Shown here piece by piece: positions 44,334 through 55,273 of a DNA stretch of 64,000 nt; the first letter of the stretch is position 1; the number at the start of each line of letters is the position of its first letter. The position numbers were made by a program, and so were the translations under genes. The notes under the pieces were generated by a model that saw nothing but the letters and a program-made list of their open reading frames with translations, was not told the DNA's origin and did no database searches. The stretch covers positions 32,001 to 96,000 of IMG/VR virus record IMGVR_UViG_3300037692_000137; one strand, written 5' to 3'. This stretch comes from a virus (lineage: Duplodnaviria > Caudoviricetes).

Positions 44334-45403
44334 TAAAATAACCCACTTAAATAATTATATACTTGTTCTTTATTAAGGTCTGAAGGATCTAACCCTTTAC
44401 CTTCCACGTCAACTTCAGTTATAAACTGCGGTGTTACTTTTACTTTACCACTTAAATCCTTACACGCCTTAGATGTACATATAATTCCAGCAAGGTCATT
44501 ATCAAAAAAGGGCACACATCCTTGATAGGCAAAAGACATGATAAGATTTAGTTGGCCTGTAGTAACACTAGAACCAATAATGGCAGCTACATTATGAATA
44601 CCGTACTCATATAGGCGCCACACGCTTTTGAAACCTTCAACTAATATTAAAGGTTTGATTACCAACAAGTCTTTAATGTTATTTAAGTTATACAAAACAC
44701 TGTCCTTATCAAATTCGGGTGTTAGCCTATACTTTTTGTGATTATCACTTACGTCATCACGTATATCTCTAAGGCTGTATGCTACTAAATAACCGTCAGC
44801 GTCCCTAATAGGAATTATGTCCCTAATGTATGGGTCCTTCTTATCAGTATATCCTCCAGCTATTTCAAAGTAATCTAGCGTCTCTCGTTTAAAACCATCT
44901 TTTATAAAACGGTCAGACCTAAATTGTTTAAATTTTAATAAATTACTCTCAGATACTATGTCAGGGACATATCTTTCTGGGAAAAAAGCTGCTGTATGCT
45001 CTTCACGTTGTTTACGATATTTATAGGCAACTATTTTAGTATCAAAGTCATCAAGCCCGCCAACTATACTTTTTAAATAGTCTACCGCGCCCATAAAGTC
45101 ACAGCCAGTTACAGCTTTAACTAAACCTATTATGTCGTTACCATAAATATCATGACATTTATGACTAAAACATACCCAGGTACGAGTCTCTAAATTGAAT
45201 CTAAATGAGGTCTCATTGTCACCGCCATGCACTTTACAGGCGCATCTTAACTCATGTCTATTTTTATTAAATACCTTAAAGCCTAGATGCTCTAATAAAA
45301 ATTGCGGATCAATAGCTGCTTTAATATACTGTACTTTATCTTTAAAGTTGTCATCAAACGAGGGTGTCGTCATCATGTGCAGTACCTGTGTCTGTTGTGC
45401 CAA
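44333..45403 (-). CDS. dnaG: DnaG-type primase
   Basis: CHC2 finger (C..H.D..SF..W.CF..C), IIPI.D, LVEGFKSV, FFDND.AG (TOPRIM). Confidence 0.9.
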   Translation of the reverse strand: MAQQTQVLHMMTTPSFDDNFKDKVQYIKAAIDPQFLLEHLGFKVFNKNRHELRCACKVHGGDNETSFRFNLETRTWVCFSHKCHDIYGNDIIGLVKAVTGCDFMGAVDYLKSIVGGLDDFDTKIVAYKYRKQREEHTAAFFPERYVPDIVSESNLLKFKQFRSDRFIKDGFKRETLDYFEIAGGYTDKKDPYIRDIIPIRDADGYLVAYSLRDIRDDVSDNHKKYRLTPEFDKDSVLYNLNNIKDLLVIKPLILVEGFKSVWRLYEYGIHNVAAIIGSSVTTGQLNLIMSFAYQGCVPFFDNDLAGIICTSKACKDLSGKVKVTPQFITEVDVEGKGLDPSDLNKEQVYNYLSGLF

Positions 45404-46793
45404 AGTTAACTACAGTCTTAGTGTAGTCCACTGGTTGCATGGGCGCTAAAGTCTCTGTAATAACAAGGTTTTGTTTTTTAAATTTATACGTTATACCTTC
45501 ATCAGGGGTGGCGCCGCCTCTTCTTGTGTCTTTAATAACCAATTTAAAATTACCCCGTGTCCTATTTTCCCCAAACTCGACTTTCTCTTGTTCCAATGTT
45601 TTTTGATCCCGCATATCCCAGAAAGCCACTATATCTGCATATCTGGCTATTTTATCACTGTCTGCTATATCGGCGGCTCTGTTTAATTGAACCGCGGTTA
45701 ACACTGGTATGTTAAGCTGCCCGGCCATATCCTTTAGTTTGGTGGTTACGTCACCAAGTATTTGATACTCTTTACGTTCCCCACTAACACTTTTTAAGTC
45801 AGGCTCTTTTATGTAGTCGAATATAGCTAAAGCTATGTTATGTTTTAGTTTAAACTTCTTATACAAAGCTATAAGCTTATCCACACTGTACCCAGGCATA
45901 TAAACATGGAACAACTTGTTTTTTTCCATTATACGTTCAGACTTAGCCAGCTGTACAGCTTCGATCTCGTTCCAATCACCATGTTTTATTTTGCGCTCTT
46001 CCACTTGGGAAAGTCCTGCTATGTTACGTGTACGCCATTCCTCAAAAGATAATTCGGTATCTACGTATAGAACTGGCAGTTTTAAAGTAAAAGCTACGTA
46101 CCGTGCTATAACCGCTAAGAAAGCACTCTTACCCATCTTTTTTCTTGCGGCAATTACATGCAGAGCACCGTTAGTTAACCCATCAATCTGTTTATCTAAT
46201 ATAGGAAAACCAGTACTTAAACCTGTCTGTATCACAGGGTTTTCCTTACGGTCTGCTAAAAATTCAGCCACACCTTCGGCTAAATCGTGTGGTTCATTTA
46301 ATGATGGACCAGTCACTAGGTCTAAAATGTCGGTTTCAATTTTAGCTACAAGATCTACAGCTAATGAGTTGTTGGCCAATAACAACTCATTAGCATGACA
46401 TATGCTACAGTACAGTTTATATTTACCACTCGCGTCTAAAACTTTTTCTAGGTGTGCGTTTAAATTCTGAGGATTTAACGGCATGCTGTGTAGTGCGTAA
46501 AGATACTTACTACCACCAAGTATGTCTAAGGCTTGATTATTTTTAGCACAGTCAATAACCGCTGGTATATCAAAAGATTTGATATCCATACTACTAACCA
46601 TATATCTTAATATGGTGTACAAAGTGGAGTGCTCAGGACTAAGAAAGTCCATCTTATCTAAACGAGCTTCCAGTGTATACAGACAATCAATGTTGTTCAT
46701 AGCTAATGATAGTAATATGCGCTCGTCCATATAGGCACAAAAGTGCTCTTTGGCGGCGGCCAAACTCATCATCTTTCTTTGCGTGTCTGCCAT
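45354..46793 (-). CDS. dnaB: DnaB replicative helicase
   Basis: GL.TGF..LD....GL, ARKKMGKS, DYI, AVQLNR, D.IARYAD. Confidence 0.93.
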   Translation of the reverse strand: MADTQRKMMSLAAAKEHFCAYMDERILLSLAMNNIDCLYTLEARLDKMDFLSPEHSTLYTILRYMVSSMDIKSFDIPAVIDCAKNNQALDILGGSKYLYALHSMPLNPQNLNAHLEKVLDASGKYKLYCSICHANELLLANNSLAVDLVAKIETDILDLVTGPSLNEPHDLAEGVAEFLADRKENPVIQTGLSTGFPILDKQIDGLTNGALHVIAARKKMGKSAFLAVIARYVAFTLKLPVLYVDTELSFEEWRTRNIAGLSQVEERKIKHGDWNEIEAVQLAKSERIMEKNKLFHVYMPGYSVDKLIALYKKFKLKHNIALAIFDYIKEPDLKSVSGERKEYQILGDVTTKLKDMAGQLNIPVLTAVQLNRAADIADSDKIARYADIVAFWDMRDQKTLEQEKVEFGENRTRGNFKLVIKDTRRGGATPDEGITYKFKKQNLVITETLAPMQPVDYTKTVVNFGTTDTGTAHDDDTLV

Positions 46794-47224
46794 TGTTCAT
46801 TCTCCCGACGTGTTAACTCTCTTTTAAAAGAGGCTATCAGTTCAGATATTGTTTTGTCAACACCATCTAATAGAAACTCTTGATCTTTAAGATCGTCCAT
46901 CTCAGTCTGTATTTTATACAAATTTTCAGTGTTGTCTATTAAGTAGGCAGAAGCATCTTTCTTAGTTTTATACTCTTTTATCAGTTCTTTTGTTAATAGT
47001 TGACTAACTATATTATCAATAAAGCGCTGCTTTCGTCGTATATCAACCTTATTCTCATTTAACTTACTTTTAAAATATATTAAATACTGTGATAGTGCTA
47101 TAATATACTGACTTAATATAAGGCTATCAGTAATTTCTAAATTACGTACATTATAGGCAAATATACTGTCTATATAGTCCTGATCTACATTTATATGAGT
47201 TGCTGCATTTAAGTCTTTTTGCAT
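46769..47224 (-). CDS. Coiled-coil hypothetical protein
   Basis: ORF track, 151 aa. Confidence 0.6.
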   Translation of the reverse strand: MQKDLNAATHINVDQDYIDSIFAYNVRNLEITDSLILSQYIIALSQYLIYFKSKLNENKVDIRRKQRFIDNIVSQLLTKELIKEYKTKKDASAYLIDNTENLYKIQTEMDDLKDQEFLLDGVDKTISELIASFKRELTRRENEQWQTRKER

Positions 47225-47241
47225 AAGAGGTATGTCCTAAG

Positions 47242-47505
47242 TTATTTTGCAAGTTCGTCTGGGTCCATTTCACCCAGTTTGTGGTATACTCCCTGACATA
47301 AGTAGTCTATGGATGCTACTTTACCTGATTTTAAATCCAGTATTTCGGCACGATCAGACTTCATACCAATTTGTCTACAGTCAAAACTTTTATCACAGTA
47401 CTTTGGGTCACCTGCGCGAGTTCCGTCATGCAAAGGCACAAAGTCCTCACAATCTTTACCACGATTTAAAGGATTTTTATCTCCTGGGATTACAATATTA
47501 CTCAT
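47242..47505 (-). CDS. Hypothetical protein
   Basis: ORF track, 87 aa; GGAGG SD. Confidence 0.6.
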   Translation of the reverse strand: MSNIVIPGDKNPLNRGKDCEDFVPLHDGTRAGDPKYCDKSFDCRQIGMKSDRAEILDLKSGKVASIDYLCQGVYHKLGEMDPDELAK

Positions 47506-47858
47506 TTAATCACCTCCTGCTGAGCTTTATATATACGTTGCATTACTAAATCTTTTGTTATAACATCTATTTTATCATAGAAGTACACTAATGTCAAGGG
47601 TGGTGTGTTGGCTACGTACTCTAATTTAAGATTATCTCTACGTTTCTGCTCTCTAAACATTTCCACACTACCATGGAAATGCCGTATGTATTTAAAATGC
47701 TGTTCTCCCTGTATTTCAAATAATATACTTAATTTCCGTAAGTAAAAATCAAAAAACAAACGTGTCCCCTTATAATAAACGTAATGCTCAGCGACTACAT
47801 CGTCATAAGGGAACAGCTGCTTAAGTACTTCATGGGTATCGTTAGCTATTTTGCTCAT
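47502..47858 (-). CDS. DUF559/Vsr-like small endonuclease
   Basis: FFDFYL..L.ILFEIQGEQHF..RD..K. Confidence 0.75.
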   Translation of the reverse strand: MSKIANDTHEVLKQLFPYDDVVAEHYVYYKGTRLFFDFYLRKLSILFEIQGEQHFKYIRHFHGSVEMFREQKRRDNLKLEYVANTPPLTLVYFYDKIDVITKDLVMQRIYKAQQEVIK

Positions 47859-48882
47859 AGTATGCGTTTAAGCCTAAAGCAATTATGATACAATCACGTA
47901 TTTCATTAAATACAATTTCATTTTCTCGTAAGAAAGCTAAAGCGTTGAGCTCGCCTTGGCCGATATTATTACCGTTGTATTTATACCATGCTCCAGCACG
48001 CTCCAATATACCTAGATCTAACGCTAGTGTAAGACACTCCCAATAAGTATCATAACCAACACCATAAATTAAAGGTACAGTTGCTTTTCTATATGGCTTA
48101 CCAAACTTATTCTTTTTTATTAAAAATGATGTATGGTGTCCTACAACCTCACCCGTCATATCTTCTATGCGGGATGACTTTGATTCACCGCCTGAAACCT
48201 TTATTCTACCAGTGGCACTAAAATCTAAGGCTAAACCCCCTGTGGTTGTTTCAGGGTCACCATAAGCGCCAATTTTATTTCTTACCTGATTGATGAATAT
48301 TAGTAAAGTATCTGTCTCACCAGCAAGGGGCACAAACTTACGCATGGCCTTACTCATAAGACGTGCCAGTAACCCCATAAACTGATCTTCCATATCGGCT
48401 GTGGCCTCAGCTTTAGGTATTAATGCGGAGACACTGTCTACTACCGCCACATCTATCTCGCCTGTCCTAATTAGGCTCTCTAAAACATCAAGATTTTCAT
48501 CACCAGTAAAAGCCTCAACAACAATTAGCTTATTAATATCAACGCCCATGGCTTTAAATAATTTAGGATCTGCGGCCCTTTCTGCGTCAACAAAGCAACA
48601 AGTCATACCACGTCGCTGTGCCTGAGCAATTATGCTCATAGTCAAGGTAGTTTTGCCGCCCGACGGATGACCATAGACTTCATACACACGTCCTTTAACA
48701 AACCCACCACAACCCAAAGCACTGTCTAAACCTAAACTACCGGTAGAAATTGTAGGTGGAGGAGCATCACTTTTTTCACCCATTGTTGTTATTACATCAC
48801 CATATTTTTTCTGTATGGCTTTTCTAGCTACGTCTAAGGAACTTGGTGTTTTTTCTTCTGCAACTACCTTCTTGCCTGCCAT
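47842..48882 (-). CDS. recA: RecA recombinase
   Basis: STGSLGLD.ALG.GG, GHPSGGKTT, FVDAE, VDSVSAL, ARLMSKA.RK, FINQVR, TTGGLAL.F. Confidence 0.96.
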   Translation of the reverse strand: MAGKKVVAEEKTPSSLDVARKAIQKKYGDVITTMGEKSDAPPPTISTGSLGLDSALGCGGFVKGRVYEVYGHPSGGKTTLTMSIIAQAQRRGMTCCFVDAERAADPKLFKAMGVDINKLIVVEAFTGDENLDVLESLIRTGEIDVAVVDSVSALIPKAEATADMEDQFMGLLARLMSKAMRKFVPLAGETDTLLIFINQVRNKIGAYGDPETTTGGLALDFSATGRIKVSGGESKSSRIEDMTGEVVGHHTSFLIKKNKFGKPYRKATVPLIYGVGYDTYWECLTLALDLGILERAGAWYKYNGNNIGQGELNALAFLRENEIVFNEIRDCIIIALGLNAYYEQNS

Positions 48883-48894
48883 AAATATATCTCC

Positions 48895-49482
48895 TTAATC
48901 GTCGTCGGCCAATAATGCATCTAAGTCTAGTAGACCACTACCTTGTTCGTAAGAGTCACCGATAGCGTCTACTAAACGCATATAATCATTAGCGTTTGTT
49001 TTCATTACTTTATTATTTATAATACCAAGAACTTTATCTATAATCCAAGAACACTTTGCGTTATCGAAAATTGATACGCTTGGCGGTGTTTTAAAATTAA
49101 ACTCATTTAAATTATCAAAAAGTACTTCTATTACTAAAGCACATTCTTGTTTAGCTGCTTTAAGGCTTAGGCCCGTTGTTTTCATACGCTTATTAATGAA
49201 GTTTTTTATAGGGCCAGCAATATGTCTATCATTTCTGTAGTATACAAACTCGGGGCCGTAATGTAATGCCACTAAATTATTGAAGTATTGTAGTAGGTCT
49301 TTATAGGTACTAACCTTTATATCTTTTTTTAATTCGGGTGGGGCTACTTTATAACCATTAGCACGGAGTAGTGCGCTACAACAATTCAATACCTTATCTA
49401 ACTTAATTTCCGAAGAGGCTAAAAAATCATTTTGTACATAGTTAATTAAAGAGTTGTTTAAATTATCAAGTAGTTCATCCAT
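48895..49482 (-). CDS. Hypothetical protein
   Basis: ORF track, 195 aa. Confidence 0.6.
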   Translation of the reverse strand: MDELLDNLNNSLINYVQNDFLASSEIKLDKVLNCCSALLRANGYKVAPPELKKDIKVSTYKDLLQYFNNLVALHYGPEFVYYRNDRHIAGPIKNFINKRMKTTGLSLKAAKQECALVIEVLFDNLNEFNFKTPPSVSIFDNAKCSWIIDKVLGIINNKVMKTNANDYMRLVDAIGDSYEQGSGLLDLDALLADDD

Positions 49483-49484
49483 AG

Positions 49485-50621
49485 TTAAGCTCGCTTTTCT
49501 ATGTAAGTAACCAAAGCTTTTTGTTCACCAAAAGTGCCTCCGTCTATAATCAAAGATCCTTTAGCGTTTGAAAACTTTAGTAGTAGTTTATCATCGTTTA
49601 TAGCGTCTATTGTTTGTGCCATGAAAACGCCATTTAAATCTATAGAGAAGCTGGCATCTACATCTAATTCCTCAGCACATACAAAATTAGCATAGTCGTT
49701 ATATAGTGTTAATTTACGGTCATTAATGTCTAGAGTAAGCCTGTTATGATCTTCAGAATTTAGAATACCCATAAAAGGTCTTAAGCTGTTCATAAGCACT
49801 TCTTTATTTATAAGCAGTGTATGATTAAACTTAGCAAACTCTTTTTCATAGACTGGGTACTCATGCCCTACTATAAGTCTGCCCCAATATACAACATTGT
49901 CAAACTTGGTTATTATTTTACCGCCATTAATCTCAAAAGCTATTTGTGTTTCTTCTGAAATAAGGCGTCTAATACCCATAATATAATCATGGCTAATTAT
50001 ATAAGAACCTTCTTTAGTTTTATTTACATTTTCAGTTAGATACTCAGATAACCTCATACCATCAGTACCGGCAAAAGCAATACTGTCTTTACTAAATGTG
50101 AGGCACATTCCGCGTAAAGGAATCCTACTCTCCATAGGATTTATGGAGTACAATACCTTACCAATAGCTGCTTTTAATACACCAGAATTTAAAGCAAAAG
50201 TAGTTTCATTAAATGGGGTTGGTTTAGCAATTGTGTATGTTTGAAATGTATCAAACTTAACTTTGCCTGTTGAAGTCTTACCGCCTATATGCACTGTTTT
50301 AACTTTAACAGTTAAACCAGTGTCGTTCAATATAAACTGAAAACCCTTTGTACCAGTCTCACTATCCCACGCAATAAAGGGACCTATAAAAGACTTTAAT
50401 TTACTATAAAGAACTGCTACTGATCCTTCTTCTACAATGTCCACCTTGTCGGCGGTGACTACTAATGATGTGGTTGGGCTCACCACGGTGAATAAAACGC
50501 CCTCTGCTTTAGATACCTCTATTAAAATTCGGCCAGAGTTATCTGTAGCATTTGCTTTTGCGGACACACCTAATTGATTTACTATCTTTTGTAGTGTCTG
50601 TGTTTCAATAAAAAATTCCAT
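49485..50621 (-). CDS. dnaN: DNA polymerase III beta sliding clamp
   Basis: 378 aa; R..L.G..L, AGTDG.RL, RLI.G.EYP.Y, I.LNG.F....I.AI. Confidence 0.88.
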   Translation of the reverse strand: MEFFIETQTLQKIVNQLGVSAKANATDNSGRILIEVSKAEGVLFTVVSPTTSLVVTADKVDIVEEGSVAVLYSKLKSFIGPFIAWDSETGTKGFQFILNDTGLTVKVKTVHIGGKTSTGKVKFDTFQTYTIAKPTPFNETTFALNSGVLKAAIGKVLYSINPMESRIPLRGMCLTFSKDSIAFAGTDGMRLSEYLTENVNKTKEGSYIISHDYIMGIRRLISEETQIAFEINGGKIITKFDNVVYWGRLIVGHEYPVYEKEFAKFNHTLLINKEVLMNSLRPFMGILNSEDHNRLTLDINDRKLTLYNDYANFVCAEELDVDASFSIDLNGVFMAQTIDAINDDKLLLKFSNAKGSLIIDGGTFGEQKALVTYIEKRA

Positions 50622-50676
50622 AACTTCTCCTTTAATTCTGTTTTTAATCCTCGCGGGCCACGTTTATAGTAATGAC

Positions 50677-50771
50677 ACTATAACAATTAAAATACTTATT
50701 GTCAATAAAAAATAATTTGTAGTTATACATTAATTATTTTAGATTATACAACTATTATTAGTGCGTGTCAA
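50677..50771 (-). promoter_or_regulatory. Tandem sigma70-type promoters driving the replication operon
   Basis: TTGACA-17nt-TATAAT (50771-50743) and TTGACA-17nt-TATAGT (50705-50677). Confidence 0.8.
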
Positions 50772-50800
50772 TAACTTTATACGTAATAATTAAGGGGCTA

Positions 50801-52120
50801 TTAACTTCCTATTATAGCGCTATTGAGATTTTTTGTCCAGGTGTATTTTACTATAGGGTTAATTTCTGAGGTTAACTCCGCGTGTGTAGGTAGAATACCT
50901 ATTATGGTGTTTTTTAAATTTGTTATACGTGGCTCGGCTACTCTAGACATCATATCTTTTATAGCTTGGTCCATTGAGGTATACTTACTTAAGTTAAATA
51001 TAAATTTGCGTTTAATGTTTATATGTTCTATCATGTTATCAGGATCTTTATCATAGCCTGTTACCCATAAAGTCCATTGTTGCTTTTTATCCACCTTATA
51101 TATCTTTTCATCACCGGGCACATAAAAATAGTAGTGTTCCCCATTGATACCGGAAGTAAACATCAGGTCAACAAAGCGCTGCCAACGTTGTTCAAAACGT
51201 GTTAGGTTTATAAATACTTCTGTTGTTTTTGGTTTAATCCATTCAGGTGTAGGATTAAAATTAGATTGCACTTGTGCATTTATATAAGAACCCAGATTTT
51301 TAGAAACTGGGTGCCCGTAAATATAAGCACCTAAAGTAACATAAGCTTTATTTGAGAAAGCTGCCGTTAGAATGTCAACTACTTTATATAAGTTTTTATT
51401 TGTATTTATAAATAAATCTACTTCGGTATAAGGCTTTTCAGCATTAAAACGTATATCTAATGTATCTATTACTAAAGCATCACCAGCATTAATGTATGAC
51501 TTTAAATCTCTAACGTTTTTAGCATAGTCGCCGAACCACCCTATGATAGTACTTTGTAAATCCAGTTTCATTAATGCGTATAAACTAGAGTTTAAATCAA
51601 TGTAGCCAGACTGTCGGCAGCCACAATTTATGAATGACGGTAAGTCCTTATGTTCAAGTAACGCTACACTAAATATCTTACTCATTAGTATAGTCATTGG
51701 TACTATAGAAGCCCCTAGGTCTGCTACTTTACCTACAGAATTTATATAAGAATTTAAGTCTTTTGGTGTAATTGCTTGTATACTACTAGATAAATCAAAA
51801 GCATAGTAGCCCTCTACTACAGACCGTAGATTATAGGTAGCATTTAGTGCCTTAAAGCCAGCAATACTACTCTTTAAATCTAAAGCAGGTATAGGGCTTA
51901 TTGTCGCTTGTATGTCATTGGGACCATACACCGCGTTAATTGACGCAGGTAAATCCCTTATAGCAAAACCATGTATTATTGAGTTTAGGTTTACAGGTTC
52001 TATAGCGGTTACATAGCTTGGAAGATCCCTTATAATACCAAAGTAACCAGCATTTAGAGCGCTGTATAAGTCCCTTGTAACATTTGGTCTTATTATAGAG
52101 TTTAAATCCAAAGTTGCCAT
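50801..52120 (-). CDS. Repeat-rich putative virion protein
   Basis: Many (D/N)L.(S/A).I repeats; next to the large structural genes. Confidence 0.65.
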   Translation of the reverse strand: MATLDLNSIIRPNVTRDLYSALNAGYFGIIRDLPSYVTAIEPVNLNSIIHGFAIRDLPASINAVYGPNDIQATISPIPALDLKSSIAGFKALNATYNLRSVVEGYYAFDLSSSIQAITPKDLNSYINSVGKVADLGASIVPMTILMSKIFSVALLEHKDLPSFINCGCRQSGYIDLNSSLYALMKLDLQSTIIGWFGDYAKNVRDLKSYINAGDALVIDTLDIRFNAEKPYTEVDLFINTNKNLYKVVDILTAAFSNKAYVTLGAYIYGHPVSKNLGSYINAQVQSNFNPTPEWIKPKTTEVFINLTRFEQRWQRFVDLMFTSGINGEHYYFYVPGDEKIYKVDKKQQWTLWVTGYDKDPDNMIEHINIKRKFIFNLSKYTSMDQAIKDMMSRVAEPRITNLKNTIIGILPTHAELTSEINPIVKYTWTKNLNSAIIGS

Positions 52121-52135
52121 TAGTGTCCTATAAGT

Positions 52136-55100
52136 TTATTCTTGTATATCCCACCAAGTTTTGAGTTTAACAGAGTAGTCGGAAAGTGCCGCCTCACTTG
52201 GAATAGCTGTTTTGACATACATGTCTTGACCACTACCTGGTTGTATATCAGAAATCTTTATAGGTCTTTGTATATTTATAGAATTTACCTTGGCATTTAT
52301 TGCTGAGTAACTAGATTGTAATGTTAATCTTGCTTGATGATATCTATTCTTTGGTAAAAAATAACCATTTTTTGGTACCTCTTTCCAAGCTAGTGTTGAC
52401 CATACAGGATCAGCTCCTTGTGGTATTATTACAGATCCTTGCTCTTCAAAATTTGTTTGTGAGGATGCTAGATCACACCAAAATATATCTGGGCAGTTTG
52501 TGTAGTAATTTGGTAAACTGTATGTTCTAGACACCCCCTTTAAGGATAGGTCTATATATTTTACTATAACCTGTGTATTAAAGAATAGAACACAGCCGTA
52601 AGGACACCCTTTCATAGAATATACAGAATACTGACCAGTTATGTGCATGTCCATAACACCATTAGCTGTATAATGATATATGTCGCCTTCAGAGGTTGAG
52701 GCGCGGGCGAAAAAACCACCTCTATAGTCCCGTGTCATTTCATATAAAGGTTTAGGTGTATCAACTGTTTTTAATATAGCACCGTTAGTATCTAATAAAT
52801 AAATTTTTGACGTACCTATATCAGACGCCCAGGCGGTGCCTCCAGTAGAGGCGGCTACTTGGTAAGGTGTTGTTAAAGCGTAAACAGATGCAAGCTGTAT
52901 ATGATTACCAGATAAGTGTATAACCCTGGACAAGTCGCCGTCAACATACCAGGCGCCTGTCCCATCATATTCGGCTGACAAGCTTAGGATATTACTTACA
53001 GATGTATATAATAATTGAGACACCGACATAGCGGCCCCATTTTGAATCTCTAGGTGGGCTAAATAATTGTAACCGGTGTAACCCCAAAGAGTGTTACCAT
53101 AAGTAAATTCTACAAGTTTAGGAAAATAGCTTTCAAGTTGATTAGCAAAACCCGTAGTAAGTTCATATATTCGTGCTTCATCTATGTTATATACACGTAT
53201 TGTATTATAGGTGTTGGAATTACTGTACTCATAGTCCCTTGACAAATATTTATACCCATTGTTGTTATTAACAGCAATAGCTTTAACATACGTGGGTGAA
53301 CCACCTACAGTGTCTGAGCGCATGGTTACTGTATTAGTAACCACATCGCATATTGCATAAGACATATAACTAGTATTTTCTTGATAAGGCCAGTATATTT
53401 TTATTATAGGTGTTGGAGCTATATCACTGCTTCTAACTTCTATTGTGCCCGGGGCTGTGGAGGAATCTTTTGACACCTGTGACATAGCATCAACAGTTGT
53501 TTCCTCTATTAAAAAATAGCTTGCATTGTATTTATCTTCAACATCAAAAATTGGTGACGTGTAGGTACCTGTATTTTCCTCTAAGGTTGTAAAAAACATA
53601 GAGTCATTTATATTATAGCCATAAAGACCGTCTGGATCTCCAGCTATATTACTTAAAAGTAAGGTAACTTCACTATCGATACTTCCTTGTGGTGGTATGA
53701 CTAATATACCTGCAGTTCCAGTAGTGGCCATAGTATAACCCGTAACTATGTGTGATACTGTATCTGTTACAATATCATAAACATGTACAACATCGCCATA
53801 ACTATGTGCGGAAAAGTATATTTTACCATTATAGTAGTCCATATTTAGCCTATCAAAATCTACCCCTAATCTATCGTAAAAATTAAACCATGTTTTGTTC
53901 CAAGTATTAGTAGCAATATCATAACGTTGTATATACCGGCCTGTAGTAGCTCTACCAACTAAAAAGTACAAACAATTTCGTACTGGATCTGCTAATAAAG
54001 TGCAACGAATAGGCTCGGTGGTACTATAGTAGTTAGAATCAGGGTAGCCGCAACTTGTCCATATACTTGTAGCTATTTCATACTTAATACAATAACCCGC
54101 AGCCACCGAACCGCCGGCACCATAATATATATAACCGTTATATGCCACCAGAGCGTTACAAGGATTAGCTAGGATCATTGAAATTGTTGTGTGGGGCAGC
54201 CATGTAAAATTACCTTGAGCTCCCGATAAATCATATCTACCAAACCAATCAGTATTTAGTTCCTCAGCTGAAAATGTTAAATATATGTAATTATCCGCCT
54301 TAGTCATAGCGACCGAAGTTATGTTAAACACAAGGCTGTATGTAGGTAACCAGCTTATATAGGTCCATTCATAAGTAGTTAAATCATACTTGTACAATTT
54401 GAGTGTACTATCATAATGAATAGAGTACACTACATTATCCGTAGAGTCATAAACCCATGGTTGGCCATGCCAACCCAATAATGGTGCCGGTATGTGACAC
54501 AATTTATTTTCTAACGCATCTTCTTGTACAGAACTTATTTGTATATATTCACTATTAACAATTTCTGTGTTATTAAACGTTCCTTGAGACCAACGATACT
54601 TAGAAGATACTAGATCATCAGTTAATTCAAAACCATCTGTTATATCGTAGTAAGTTCCACTTTCTGTAGCGGCTATTTTTACATAGTAGTCGGCAGCGTT
54701 TCCTGTATAGTCTATTACGACATAGGCATTAGCTGGGTATTGCACTGTTGAATTGTTAAATATGGTTACAGGATACGCGTCACTATCTTCTCCAACTGGG
54801 GCGGCATCTAAATATACTGCTGATGCAGTACCATCAGCCCCAAAACCTATGATATAATCATCATTATAAACAATATACTCATATAGAGTTGACTCCATAC
54901 CACTGATTGTAGTTAGCACATATCTCGGCGCCGAAAGTCCTGGTATTGTGGCGTAGTAATAGTCTGTTGTAACCCCTTTACTACAAATGGTGTAGGAGTC
55001 ATCTTCAGCATTTTTATAATAGAAATTAATGTCACTAAGTGCAGTTAAGTCTTCAGCATATACTCTAATCTCATCTACTTTTATTCTTGTAGATAAGTCA

Positions 55101-55264
55101 GTTTCTAAATAGACCACATCAGAGGCAGTCAGCACAACACCGCCAGATACAGTAACACCGTCTATAAGGGTGGACAGCTGACTGTTTGTCAGGTCTTTAT
55201 TACCTGTCCCTGAAGCAGTTAATGTGTATACTATACCATTGTTTATTAAATTATACTTTGCCAT
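52136..55264 (-). CDS. Large putative tail/baseplate protein with beta-propeller-like repeats
   Basis: 1042 aa; Kelch-like YD..TN.W motifs and NHL-like AWASD.G..KI..L motifs; Tyr/Ser/Thr-rich. Confidence 0.65.
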   Translation of the reverse strand: MAKYNLINNGIVYTLTASGTGNKDLTNSQLSTLIDGVTVSGGVVLTASDVVYLETDLSTRIKVDEIRVYAEDLTALSDINFYYKNAEDDSYTICSKGVTTDYYYATIPGLSAPRYVLTTISGMESTLYEYIVYNDDYIIGFGADGTASAVYLDAAPVGEDSDAYPVTIFNNSTVQYPANAYVVIDYTGNAADYYVKIAATESGTYYDITDGFELTDDLVSSKYRWSQGTFNNTEIVNSEYIQISSVQEDALENKLCHIPAPLLGWHGQPWVYDSTDNVVYSIHYDSTLKLYKYDLTTYEWTYISWLPTYSLVFNITSVAMTKADNYIYLTFSAEELNTDWFGRYDLSGAQGNFTWLPHTTISMILANPCNALVAYNGYIYYGAGGSVAAGYCIKYEIATSIWTSCGYPDSNYYSTTEPIRCTLLADPVRNCLYFLVGRATTGRYIQRYDIATNTWNKTWFNFYDRLGVDFDRLNMDYYNGKIYFSAHSYGDVVHVYDIVTDTVSHIVTGYTMATTGTAGILVIPPQGSIDSEVTLLLSNIAGDPDGLYGYNINDSMFFTTLEENTGTYTSPIFDVEDKYNASYFLIEETTVDAMSQVSKDSSTAPGTIEVRSSDIAPTPIIKIYWPYQENTSYMSYAICDVVTNTVTMRSDTVGGSPTYVKAIAVNNNNGYKYLSRDYEYSNSNTYNTIRVYNIDEARIYELTTGFANQLESYFPKLVEFTYGNTLWGYTGYNYLAHLEIQNGAAMSVSQLLYTSVSNILSLSAEYDGTGAWYVDGDLSRVIHLSGNHIQLASVYALTTPYQVAASTGGTAWASDIGTSKIYLLDTNGAILKTVDTPKPLYEMTRDYRGGFFARASTSEGDIYHYTANGVMDMHITGQYSVYSMKGCPYGCVLFFNTQVIVKYIDLSLKGVSRTYSLPNYYTNCPDIFWCDLASSQTNFEEQGSVIIPQGADPVWSTLAWKEVPKNGYFLPKNRYHQARLTLQSSYSAINAKVNSINIQRPIKISDIQPGSGQDMYVKTAIPSEAALSDYSVKLKTWWDIQE

Positions 55265-55273
55265 TTATATTTC

